Virus record (IMG/VR): IMGVR_UViG_3300019376_000001
Direction: 5' to 3' (one strand)
From: a virus
Taxonomy: Duplodnaviria; Heunggongvirae; Uroviricota; Caudoviricetes
DNA: 64,000 bases
Under the pieces are notes generated by a model. That model was not told the DNA's origin. It searched no databases and was given only the letters and a program-made list of their open reading frames with translations. Position 1 is the stretch's first letter, and the number at the start of each line of letters is the position of its first letter. Positions 33,705 through 42,355 of this stretch are shown here, in pieces. A program made the position numbers and the translations under genes.

Positions 33705-34064
33705 TTAGTCAGCGAGGGAGAAATAAGCCTTACGCTTTTCCTCAGTTCGCACAACCACGCCATCAGTGACGAGCTGACGAACAAGAGCAGACACACGCTG
33801 GTTGCTCAGTTCGGCACAGGCAGGAATGGTCTTCATCAGGTCAGTGATGGTGTAGGACTTACCCTGCTCCATACCTGCGACAATGTCGCCCTTAATGCCC
33901 TCATTAGCCACCTGCACAGCGGTAGGCTTCTTCTCGGCACTGTTCTTCTTTGCGAGCAGTTCGAGTTCGTGGTCAATGAACTCAACCTCAGCCTCAGTCA
34001 GAGGGTAGGAAGCCTTAATCTGCTCGAACATCTCACGCTTAGTCATCTTCTTAGTGTTTGCCAT
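33705..34064 (-). CDS. Winged-HTH DNA-binding protein, MANTKKMTK family copy 3
   Basis: Near-identical to 29119-29478. Confidence 0.82.
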   Translation of the reverse strand: MANTKKMTKREMFEQIKASYPLTEAEVEFIDHELELLAKKNSAEKKPTAVQVANEGIKGDIVAGMEQGKSYTITDLMKTIPACAELSNQRVSALVRQLVTDGVVVRTEEKRKAYFSLAD

Positions 34065-34621
34065 AGTATCAATCTCCAATCTCGTGGTAGGTCACGACCC
34101 AAGTTTTTATTCTGTAAGAGGTGTCCCTCTTTACATTCTTATTATAGCACATTGGGAGTTGTTTGTCAAGAGGTTTTTTCAACTTTTTTTTTATTTTTTT
34201 TGTTGACCTCTCAGTAGGTTTTCCCTTACCTTGTATAACTATTATAGCATACTCTTTAGGATTTGTCAATACCTTTTTCAAAACTTTTTTAGAAATTTTT
34301 TGGTAATGGCTTTTTCCTTTTTTCTATAATAATTATAACATAATTTTTTTATTTTGTCAATAGGTTTTTTCAAAATCTTTTTGATGGGATTTTGTTCTCT
34401 CCCTTACTGACAATAATAGTATACCACATCAGCCACCAAAATACAAGTGGCAAATTGCACAAAATTACAGGAAAATCTTTGTGCATTTTGCCTATTGACA
34501 AATTGCTCGAAAAATGTTATAATGGAAGGTTAGGCCAAAACACCGGTCCGCGCGCACGTGGACCGGCCGATGCATTTTGGATTTTGAAATGGAAAAAGCG
34601 AGGGTTTCCCCTCGCTCTTCC

Positions 34622-34774
34622 TTATCGCGTTCTCTGCTTCGTTGTCAGCGAATAGGCAACCCCATTCTCAAAAATGACTTCGTCCTTTGTGATGGACGCA
34701 ACCACCATACCTTCGGGGTTGCTCATGTTTGCGCGAATCTCATTCAGTGCATTTGCTACTTCTCGAATACTCAT
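34622..34774 (-). CDS. Small hypothetical protein (50 aa)
   Basis: MSIREVANALNEIRANMSNPEG..., with an AGGAGAATGATACTATG leader and own promoter. Not in the ORF track. Confidence 0.65.
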   Translation of the reverse strand: MSIREVANALNEIRANMSNPEGMVVASITKDEVIFENGVAYSLTTKQRTR

Positions 34775-34848
34775 AGTATCATTCTCCTTTTCTTTTGGTT
34801 TGTACTTGTATTATAGCATAGGTTTGGGGGTTTGTCAACCCCCATTTT

Positions 34849-35094
34849 TTACTTTTTTGCGCTTACGCTCTTGGGACTGTCATTGGTCAAGGGCATCTGC
34901 GGAGTGGGAGCTTGTGCTTTGGTGATGATTGCATCAACCTGCTCATAGAGTTTGTAAGCCTTGCTCGCCTTGCGATAGACTTTCTTCAACTCGGAGTAGG
35001 TAAGAGCATTGAACTGCTCGTCACTCATTGTGACCCCAACCTTTGCCAACTTGTTGCGGATAGATTTCAAACTCATTTCGGAAAACATTTTCAT
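34849..35094 (-). CDS. Hypothetical basic protein
   Basis: 81-aa ORF with GAGG RBS and own promoter. Confidence 0.7.
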   Translation of the reverse strand: MKMFSEMSLKSIRNKLAKVGVTMSDEQFNALTYSELKKVYRKASKAYKLYEQVDAIITKAQAPTPQMPLTNDSPKSVSAKK

Positions 35095-35152
35095 AGTAAC
35101 AACCTCTTTTCTTTATTTTCTATAATTATTATACCACATTTTTATTTAATTG

Positions 35153-35314
35153 TCAATAGTCTTTTTCAATTTTCTTGAACTTTTTTCTATTGTACGAGCC
35201 TTTGCCCTTTTTGTTCTCGACTACCGACCCACGCTTGCGAAAGTGCAAATACTGTTGCAGTTCTTCGCCCTCTTTCTTAAAAATGCGATTGTCAATGGTT
35301 TTCTTCTTTTTCAT
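35153..35314 (-). CDS. ArfA-like alternative ribosome-rescue factor (53 aa)
   Basis: MKKKKTIDNRIFKKEGEELQQYLHFRKRGSVVENKKGKGSYNRKKFKKIEKDY contains FRxR...NKKGKGSYxRK, the ArfA core as recalled from E. coli ArfA. GAGGTGAG RBS and own promoter. Not in the ORF track. Confidence 0.68.
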   Translation of the reverse strand: MKKKKTIDNRIFKKEGEELQQYLHFRKRGSVVENKKGKGSYNRKKFKKIEKDY

Positions 35315-35368
35315 TTATCTCACCTCTTGGTATTATTATAGCATACCTTTGGGGGTTTGTCAACCCCC

Positions 35369-35857
35369 TTAGGCAACTTTTTTCTTTCTGCCACGCTTAG
35401 GCACATAGTTTTTGTAGTCCTTGCCACACTTCTGCAAATTGTGGAGAGTGTCGAAAGTGACAATCTGTGCGCCGTTGAATTTGATTTGATACTCAATGCC
35501 GTTCACATTGACATCACCACCAACCCAAAAGCCGTCATTATCCCAATCTCTTGCGACCTGACCGAAGTATCTCTGTACCCACATTTCAAAGTTTCTGCCG
35601 TTGTTGCCGTTGGTTACTTCGTAGTCGATTTCGATTGCGCCCTTGCGAATGAGCTGTTCCATGTGCTGATTAGTCAGTCGAAGCTGAAGCTTTTCCTTGC
35701 CACCCTTTTTGCTTGCTTCTTTTTCTACTCGAATGAAGCGAGGCATGATTTCATCAACGATTGCCATGTAGTTCTTCTTCTTGTAAGTGAAACCGAGGAT
35801 GTAACCCTGTGCGCCACTAAACTTTCTGTAGTATCTGATTGCGTTTCCCTTAGTCAT
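35369..35857 (-). CDS. Hypothetical protein, possibly PD-(D/E)xK-like
   Basis: MTKGNAIRYY...GRNFE...GGDVNVNGIEYQIK; GGAG RBS. Confidence 0.7.
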   Translation of the reverse strand: MTKGNAIRYYRKFSGAQGYILGFTYKKKNYMAIVDEIMPRFIRVEKEASKKGGKEKLQLRLTNQHMEQLIRKGAIEIDYEVTNGNNGRNFEMWVQRYFGQVARDWDNDGFWVGGDVNVNGIEYQIKFNGAQIVTFDTLHNLQKCGKDYKNYVPKRGRKKKVA

Positions 35858-36211
35858 TGTTCCTGTCTCCTTTTCTGTTCCGTTCTTTGTATCTTTATTA
35901 TAGCACCGCATTGACCGTTTGTCAAGCACTTTTTTTATTTTTTTTGAAAAAGATGAGGGGCTTTTAGGGGCGTCCCCCAAGGGGTTTGAACCCTTTCTGC
36001 TTGAGCGGCTCAGCATTAAACCTCACCCCTCATCTGTAAGTACAGTATAACACACTCCCCAATAGAAGTCAATAGTCAAAATGCACAAATTTCAGGAATT
36101 TGACCTCTCGCAACTTTGTGCAAATTGCCTATTGACAAAATGCTGAGGAAGTGTTATAATGGAAATTCGTGCCGCCTGGGTCGTGGGCGGCGCGCCAAAA
36201 AGGCGAGAGCG

Positions 36212-36430
36212 TCAAATTGCTCTCGCCCTGATTTGGGTGGGCTTGATGTCTGCGTGACCCTTGTAGGCGTAATACTCAACCCATTCATAGGTGTTGCCAC
36301 AGTGGTCACAGCCACCGACCACGCTCATTGCGATTGTGCCTGTGTCGAGGTCTTCAACATCGTAGTGTGAGATAGAAATGAGGGAGCCGCCGCAAGTGGG
36401 GCAAGTGGGTTCATTCGTGTTAATCATCAT
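36212..36430 (-). CDS. Zinc-ribbon protein
   Basis: CPTC...CDHC in 72 aa. Confidence 0.72.
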   Translation of the reverse strand: MMINTNEPTCPTCGGSLISISHYDVEDLDTGTIAMSVVGGCDHCGNTYEWVEYYAYKGHADIKPTQIRARAI

Positions 36431-36503
36431 GGGGTATCAGTTCCTTTCCTCTTGGTGTAATTAAATTATAGCACAACGGTTTGAAAATGTCAAGGGGAAA
36501 TTC

Positions 36504-36953
36504 TCACATTTCTGCGAGAATTTCCAAGATGTTCTGCACATCATAAGCCTTGCCAGTCCAGTTTGTTCTGTTGCGTTCTTCATCATCGAAAAGCACATCG
36601 AGAGGAGTTTTGCAGAAGTTCTGCTTTGGTGTGCCGTAAGGTACAATGTGGATTTCGTTCCAGTTGACACTTGGCAGATGTTTCTTGAGCCAATCCATTT
36701 TGACTTCGGTAACTGCTCTGTTGTATTCTTCTGTGCCACTCTTGCTCAGCCAAGAGATAACTGCGATGTTGTAGCCATTTCTCTGGAGAGTGTTAAGTCT
36801 GCGAGCGAGAGTTGCAAGTCTAAGCAGAGGCTTTGCGTTTGCGTAAGGGAATGTGTCGCCTGCGATGAGGTATTCGAGCCAGTTTTCTACTCCATAGAGG
36901 TCAGCGATTGTGCCGTCCATGTCAAAGTTGATTGTGATGTTCATAGTCTTCAT
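36504..36953 (-). CDS. HAD-superfamily phosphatase (5'(3')-nucleotidase-like)
   Basis: FDMDGTIAD motif I and LFDD motif IV. Confidence 0.88.
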   Translation of the reverse strand: MKTMNITINFDMDGTIADLYGVENWLEYLIAGDTFPYANAKPLLRLATLARRLNTLQRNGYNIAVISWLSKSGTEEYNRAVTEVKMDWLKKHLPSVNWNEIHIVPYGTPKQNFCKTPLDVLFDDEERNRTNWTGKAYDVQNILEILAEM

Positions 36954-37064
36954 TGTGTTTACTTCCTTTCCTTTTTTGTATCTTAATTATAGCATGGATT
37001 TTCGTGTTTGTCAATAGGTTTTTGAAAAGTTTTTTATTTTTTTTGACCGGGGAAAGTGGGGGAC

Positions 37065-37739
37065 TTAGTCCACCCACTTCGGAAAGCACTTGTTGTACTC
37101 TCTGCCCTTTGCGTCCCACTGGTGAATGTTCTTGTTGAATTTCTTGTGCATTTTCAGACAAGCCACAAAGATTTCCATTTCGATGAGTGCGTCAGCCAGT
37201 GCAGTGTGTTCTTCGATGTAGTCAGCATTTCCAGTGATGAAGCCATAGACAGTCTGTGCAGTAGTAGAGCAAGACTTCTTGGAAGAGGACTGGAAGCCAT
37301 TCTCGTGGCAGAAGTTCGCAAAGCCTTTCTTGTGGCAGATGGTCTGCAAAGCCATCAAGTAAATGTCGATGAACTCAAACTCGTCGAGCAGTTCTCTGCA
37401 AATAGTCTTGGTAAAGTCGAAAGCAGAGTTGTAAGCCATTACATAGCGAACACCATAGAACTTGCAAAGGTTGCGAACGATGGAAAGTGCTTCGGCTTCG
37501 GTAGCCACCGCAGACATTTCGCCAGTCATCAGTCTTTCGCGATAGATAGGGAAGTTCTTCTTTGCGTAATCGTCCTGTGCGATTTCGTCATAGTGTTCCA
37601 TTACAAGCAGAGAAGCGGTTGCGAAAATGTTGCCCTCTCTGTCGTGGATAGTGCAACCGAGGTTGTACATTCCAGTAGGATTAGAAGCTCCGCCAACAGT
37701 TTCAGTATCAAGTGTGCAGTAAATAATTTTCTTGTTCAT
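37065..37739 (-). CDS. DEDDh 3'-5' exonuclease family protein (paralog of 31401-32138)
   Basis: LDTET, AYNSAFD and HTALAD motifs. Confidence 0.9.
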   Translation of the reverse strand: MNKKIIYCTLDTETVGGASNPTGMYNLGCTIHDREGNIFATASLLVMEHYDEIAQDDYAKKNFPIYRERLMTGEMSAVATEAEALSIVRNLCKFYGVRYVMAYNSAFDFTKTICRELLDEFEFIDIYLMALQTICHKKGFANFCHENGFQSSSKKSCSTTAQTVYGFITGNADYIEEHTALADALIEMEIFVACLKMHKKFNKNIHQWDAKGREYNKCFPKWVD

Positions 37740-37846
37740 TGTTATCAATTCCTCTCTCAATTTCTGTATTTATTATAACATAGGTTCGTGGGTTTGTCAA
37801 TAGGTTTTTCAAAACTTTTTTAATTTATTTTGTACGGGCGGTTGGC

Positions 37847-38260
37847 TCACATCGAGCCAACCATTGTAATCCCTCTGTCTTTCAACCATTCGCAGAACTG
37901 TTCAGCAGGGAGCAAGTCCGCAAGGTCTTTCATTGTGTACATTCTTGTAACCTCTTCCCATTCCCACCTGACACGAATGGGCTTGAAAGTCTTTTCTGTC
38001 ATTTTGCTTTTGTTTCTGTAGAAGTCGCCCCAACCAATTTCGATGGTCGGACGATTGCGAAATAGAGTGCAACCAGTTTCTGCATTTCTGATTCTGTGGT
38101 CACGAACTGCCGCAAATGCTTCTTCAAAGGTTTCGAGTGTGTATTCTGTCGTGTTACACTCGCCAACTTCCACATAGCGAATGTGATTCCAAATGGAAGT
38201 GTCGCAGTAGTCATCATTGCCGATTGCCGCATAGCATCTAAGGTTTACTAATTTCTTCAT
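37847..38260 (-). CDS. Hypothetical protein
   Basis: 137-aa ORF with GATACTATG leader and own promoter. Confidence 0.78.
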   Translation of the reverse strand: MKKLVNLRCYAAIGNDDYCDTSIWNHIRYVEVGECNTTEYTLETFEEAFAAVRDHRIRNAETGCTLFRNRPTIEIGWGDFYRNKSKMTEKTFKPIRVRWEWEEVTRMYTMKDLADLLPAEQFCEWLKDRGITMVGSM

Positions 38261-38318
38261 AGTATCAATTCCTCTCTCTTGGTTTCTGTAATTATTATAC
38301 CACGGCTTAGGGGTTTTG

Positions 38319-38642
38319 TCAACCCCTAATCGTAAATAATTCTGGATGTCTTTGACAATTTTTCATTACTCGCTTTTCCATTTTAGGTGACATCTGCCCC
38401 TTGCCCGCCATTCTGTAAAGACGATAGCACTGATTGACATTTGCCATAAATGCAGTTATCACAATGTCACGATACAAATTCTTAACAATGATAATTCCAC
38501 TACTGGTTAGCAAGTACCTCTTTTCTTCTTCAATTACTTCAACTTCAAGCACAGGGTTTGTGAAGCCGAGAACTTCTTCCAATGCTTGCAGTCGGTTTGC
38601 TCGTTCCACTCCTGCGTGGAATGTAGTATTCATAGGTTTCAT
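38319..38642 (-). CDS. Hypothetical protein
   Basis: MKPMNTTFHAG..., with a GGGG RBS and own promoter. Confidence 0.7.
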   Translation of the reverse strand: MKPMNTTFHAGVERANRLQALEEVLGFTNPVLEVEVIEEEKRYLLTSSGIIIVKNLYRDIVITAFMANVNQCYRLYRMAGKGQMSPKMEKRVMKNCQRHPELFTIRG

Positions 38643-38658
38643 CTTTAGTATCCCCCTT

Positions 38659-38841
38659 TCATGCTCTAAGTATACCATACTTTGAGATGTTTGTCAATAC
38701 CTTTTCGTACCATTTTTTGCGACTTACCAACTTAATGCCGAGAACCTCAGCAACCTTGTTGTAAGTCTGTTCGTCGATTGCGTTGCGTACTTCCTCAGGC
38801 TGTTCGCTCCAAGGTCTGTCAATAGTAATGTTCATCATCAT
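38659..38841 (-). CDS. Small hypothetical protein
   Basis: 60-aa ORF with RBS and own promoter. Confidence 0.65.
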   Translation of the reverse strand: MMMNITIDRPWSEQPEEVRNAIDEQTYNKVAEVLGIKLVSRKKWYEKVLTNISKYGILRA

Positions 38842-39021
38842 AGTTATTACCCCCTCATCTTTTGTACCTTAAGTATACACCATTTCGGGATGTTTGTCAA
38901 GCACAAAATTGCACAAATTTTCCACGAGATTTTTGTGCAGATTACCTCTTGGCAGAAACACCGCGCGCCACAGCCGACAGCGCGCGGCCGAAAAAATAAA
39001 AAGAGAGGGTTTCCCCTCTCC

Positions 39022-39231
39022 TTAATTGCTCTTGGAACTCGATTTGAAAAAGCCACCTACAAAACTGAGCAGAGCGCAGATGCCGAAAGCCTGCCAAAAT
39101 GTTAGAGCAAACGCACAGCCGAACAGGCTCATCACCCAGTTAAACAGAAGCATCCCAATCCATGCCTCGAAACACACAACGCCGAACACCAGTGCCAGCG
39201 CGAGAATTACCATCAAACAACCTTCACCCAT
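39022..39231 (-). CDS. Small membrane protein
   Basis: Almost wholly hydrophobic 69 aa; AGGAG RBS. Confidence 0.75.
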   Translation of the reverse strand: MGEGCLMVILALALVFGVVCFEAWIGMLLFNWVMSLFGCAFALTFWQAFGICALLSFVGGFFKSSSKSN

Positions 39232-39303
39232 TGTATCTATCTCCTTTTCTTTTCTTTGTATTATTATTATACCATAATTTTAATTGATTGTCAAGGGGAA
39301 TTT

Positions 39304-39636
39304 TTACATTCCCCTCATTGTTGTTATTGCTTCCATTACCCACTCTTGAAAGTGAGATTTAATAAATTCTACTGTATCAAGATCAGCGCAATTAAAATAA
39401 TCTTTGCGAATGCGCCGAGCCTTTTGTGTTTTTAGAATTTTCATTCGCAAAAAACTTTCTACAAATAGCCTTTCGCATTCTCCGCCGCCAATGTCTAATG
39501 ATTGAAGAATTAAATAATCTTCTTGGAGCAACTGATTACTTCTACGCCTTGCATTAGTCGTTTCCCCAATTTTGATTGCCGTTCTAATTTCTAAATGTTC
39601 TGCGTAATACACTTCTGAATAACATCCGTAAGCCAT
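39304..39636 (-). CDS. GIY-YIG/T5orf172-like protein
   Basis: YSEVYYA...IKIGETTNARRR...ERLFVE...KDYF; AT-richer than its neighbours by eye. Confidence 0.6.
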   Translation of the reverse strand: MAYGCYSEVYYAEHLEIRTAIKIGETTNARRRSNQLLQEDYLILQSLDIGGGECERLFVESFLRMKILKTQKARRIRKDYFNCADLDTVEFIKSHFQEWVMEAITTMRGM

Positions 39637-39715
39637 TTTTACCACTTCTTTCTGTTTCTTTCTGTAATTATTATAGCACAAGGGGTTGAGTTTGTCAACC
39701 CCTTTTTGCATTTTT

Positions 39716-40141
39716 TTACTTTACTTCAACAATCAGTTTGTAAGCTCGGCAAGAGCCAAAACCATAGCGATTGTAAGTAGTTTCTTCCCACCTTACAGAC
39801 AGACAATGCTGAGCAAGATACTCTTCAATGAAAGTCTTGTGATAGTTCTTGTCAGTGCAAGGAGAATAACTCCAATCTCCATTTGCATACTTCTTGCCAT
39901 CGAAACGAATAGGACGCAGTACCTCGTTGCCGTAAGCATCGGAAGCCATAGCGAGGTCAATAGAAGTTGAAATCAGTCCACCCTTAGGGTTGAGAGCCTG
40001 CTTCTCAAGGGCAGGTCCAATCTCAGTTTCACAGAATTCAACACTCGCACCCAACAGACGAGCAAGACTTTCTGCCTTTTCTTTTTCCCACTTCATTACG
40101 CTTGCATTTCTCACAATTGCCAGTTCACTTGCACACATCAT
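39716..40141 (-). CDS. Hypothetical protein
   Basis: MMCASELAIVRN..., with an AGGAG RBS and own promoter. Confidence 0.75.
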   Translation of the reverse strand: MMCASELAIVRNASVMKWEKEKAESLARLLGASVEFCETEIGPALEKQALNPKGGLISTSIDLAMASDAYGNEVLRPIRFDGKKYANGDWSYSPCTDKNYHKTFIEEYLAQHCLSVRWEETTYNRYGFGSCRAYKLIVEVK

Positions 40142-40229
40142 AGTTATCAGTCTCCTTTTGTTTTCCTTTTTTGTATCTTTATTATAACATGGAGGGGGCT
40201 TTTTGTCAAGCCCCTTTTTTAATTTTTTT

Positions 40230-40484
40230 TTAGCAATCATAAGTGTAACATCCTTCGTAAGGGTCAAAGCCAAAATCGTCATCAATGTCAGCAGGCTCTT
40301 CGTAGTCCTCTTCCTCAGGGTCGTAGAAGGCTACTACTTCGCCAGTTTCATCCCACACAAGGGAAGCAGTCTGGCAAGTCATCTCTGCGATGGTCTTAGC
40401 TGCTTCGTAGCAAGCATAGCAAGCTTCAGTACCACTAATAGTAGCGATAGCGTTGTTGTTAATGTAGATAGTATAAGTGTTCAT
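40230..40484 (-). CDS. Small acidic protein ending DDDFGFDPYEGCYTYDC
   Basis: MNTYTIYINNN..., with a GAGAGG RBS. Confidence 0.75.
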   Translation of the reverse strand: MNTYTIYINNNAIATISGTEACYACYEAAKTIAEMTCQTASLVWDETGEVVAFYDPEEEDYEEPADIDDDFGFDPYEGCYTYDC

Positions 40485-40714
40485 AGGTTGTACCTCTCTC
40501 TCTTTCTTTGTATCTATAGTATACCATGCGCGCAGGTATTTTGTCAAGGGTTTTGGGAGATTTATTTTACACAAATTTACGCCGATTTTGCAAGCCTTTT
40601 TTGTGCAGGTTTTACAATAGCACCAATCAGGCGCGCCAGGACCGTGCGCGCGCCTATGGCGGTCTTTCTGTATTAGTGTAGTATTAGTAGTAGTGTGTAG
40701 TAGCACACACTGCA

Positions 40715-41005
40715 TTAGTGTGTGCTTACTCCTACTACCTCATCATCATAGATGTATCCATCAGTGTGTGCTGTGTACATGTGTACATCTACCACTGTGC
40801 CTACGCTTGGTGCTGTGCCCTCTACCTCATAGCACCACACATGTCCTTGCTTGTCCTCTACCTCTGCAAGCTGTCCTTCTGTGTGTACTACTACGCAGTC
40901 CTTGCGTGTGTAGTGTGTCTCTACGTAGCCGCACAGCCCCAGCATGCCCATGAACACTACTACTACCAACAGTATAGTCATCATCTCTGTTACTCTCTTA
41001 CTCAT
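40715..41005 (-). CDS. Small membrane-anchored protein
   Basis: N-terminal TM helix; GAGGTAGATACAATG leader; extreme dinucleotide bias. Confidence 0.75.
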   Translation of the reverse strand: MSKRVTEMMTILLVVVVFMGMLGLCGYVETHYTRKDCVVVHTEGQLAEVEDKQGHVWCYEVEGTAPSVGTVVDVHMYTAHTDGYIYDDEVVGVSTH

Positions 41006-41162
41006 TGTATCTACCTCTTTCTTTACTTCTTTCTTTGTATCTTTATTATACCATTACAGGAGGTTTGTGTCAAGCTTTTTTTACACGTTTGTGCAGACTT
41101 TTTTCTGTGCCTCCTGGCTCTGTGGCAGTTAGGGATAGCAGGGCCGCACACGGTAGCTACCC

Positions 41163-41498
41163 TTACAGAGTAGCTATTACCTTAGCCAGTGCCTCAGTAT
41201 CCATTGCCTCATAGTGTGTCATGATAGTAGCAAGCATAGCCTTTCTCTCTGCTTCTCTCTGTCTCTTAGCTGCTTGTGCTTCTTTGTACTGTGCTACCTC
41301 TGTTGCGTCGTAGCTGTAGCTCTTCTCTCCGTACATGTATGCTGTGCGCACTGTGCCATCCTCTTGGTGTACGTTGATAGTCTTGCTTGTGTGGTAAAGC
41401 ATAGGTCTTGCTTCAGCAGGTGCGCATTCCTTAGTATAGTAGGTGTGTCTGTGTGTCTCATTGTTTCTTACTACGTAGATTGTGCTGATGTGTTTCAT
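41163..41498 (-). CDS. Hypothetical protein
   Basis: MKHISTIYVV..., with a GAGAGG RBS and own promoter; first gene left of the putative terminus. Confidence 0.72.
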   Translation of the reverse strand: MKHISTIYVVRNNETHRHTYYTKECAPAEARPMLYHTSKTINVHQEDGTVRTAYMYGEKSYSYDATEVAQYKEAQAAKRQREAERKAMLATIMTHYEAMDTEALAKVIATL

Positions 41499-41654
41499 TG
41501 TGTGTACCTCTCTCTTCCTTTGTTGTACCCTTAGTATAACACGTTTCGGGAGGTTTGTCAATAGGTAGATTTGCACAATTGTTGCGCCCTTTATTTGTGC
41601 AAGATGTATACCATGCCAACCAGGGCCGCGCCATCCATGCACGGCCCAGCGTAT

Positions 41655-41895
41655 GTATTAGTATGTACATCATTGTGTTGTTTATTATTTATTATTATTA
41701 TCTATTGTTGTATGTATAGATAGATGTGTATGTGTTATGTACTCATTACCTCTTGGTCATTGTGTATGTATCTCTTTGTATGTACATGTGCGTAGCTCTG
41801 TAGGGCGTAGAGAGGGGCGTACCTCTCTGTCTGTGTGTGTGCCTGTGCTGTGTATGCCAACATACCCGGGGGGGTGTATTTCGGGAAAATTTTTT
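41655..41895. other. Low-complexity TG/TAT-rich tract ending in CATACCC-G7-TGTAT; candidate genome end or packaging site
   Basis: ORF-free; ATT, TGT and GTAT microrepeats; G7 at 41868-41874; abrupt composition change to the right. Confidence 0.45.
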
Positions 41896-42014
41896 TTTAT
41901 TGTTGATGAAATGTTATTTCCTGGACAAACCTCCCACTAAATCAATTTCAGATTTCGGTTTACGGGAAAAATAAGAAATGGGTCCCATACCGAATGGTAC
42001 GGAACCCAATCTTT

Positions 42015-42353
42015 CTAAACTCTTTCTACGGCGACTCCAAAAATATTGTTTCGCCCAATAGTGCCATTAATGTGTCCATGGTTGTTTCCAATCGTATACC
42101 GATTTCCATTCTTAATAGCTACTATCTTGTGCAGGTAGTAATGCCCACCCACTCTACATAGAACAATATCATTCTTATGCAATTTCGTATCCTCGGTTAC
42201 AGGAATACAAATAACACTATCTCCACTCTCCAAAATGGGAGTCATGCTTTGTCCATACCCAGTTACCAAACAACTGCGACCCTCACGCAATTTCTGCGCG
42301 GTAATCGCATTTTCTTTTCCATGAAATAGTTCTGCTAAATTGCGCCCTGCCAT
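42015..42353 (-). CDS. S24/S26-family peptidase-like protein
   Basis: GQSMTPILESGD, DIVL and LHKI motifs. Confidence 0.8.
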   Translation of the reverse strand: MAGRNLAELFHGKENAITAQKLREGRSCLVTGYGQSMTPILESGDSVICIPVTEDTKLHKNDIVLCRVGGHYYLHKIVAIKNGNRYTIGNNHGHINGTIGRNNIFGVAVERV

Positions 42354-42355
42354 AA

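Larger units (their letters stand above)
27600..41570 (-). promoter_or_regulatory. Dense array of near-consensus sigmaA promoters (TTGACA-N17-TGnTATAAT/TATACT), about one per gene
   Basis: Roughly 35-40 copies by eye, for example 30668-30696 and 30909-30937; stacked without intervening ORFs at 29530-29760 and 34140-34450. Confidence 0.85.
28460..41660. repeat. About 10 intergenic cassettes: leftward promoter + TGCACAA-N16/26-27-TTGTGCA + optional rightward promoter + GC hairpin
   Basis: Arm pairs 29767/29800, 31044/31077, 34456/34479, 36082/36116, 38910/38933, 40568/40601, 41572/41595; rearranged versions at 28503-28590, 33070-33195 and 41082-41095. Confidence 0.88.

Noticed and set aside
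298-41660. Repeated intergenic motifs as a CRISPR array
   Set aside because: They are irregularly spaced, separated by whole genes and explained as promoters or operators; no cas genes or repeat-spacer periodicity were seen.
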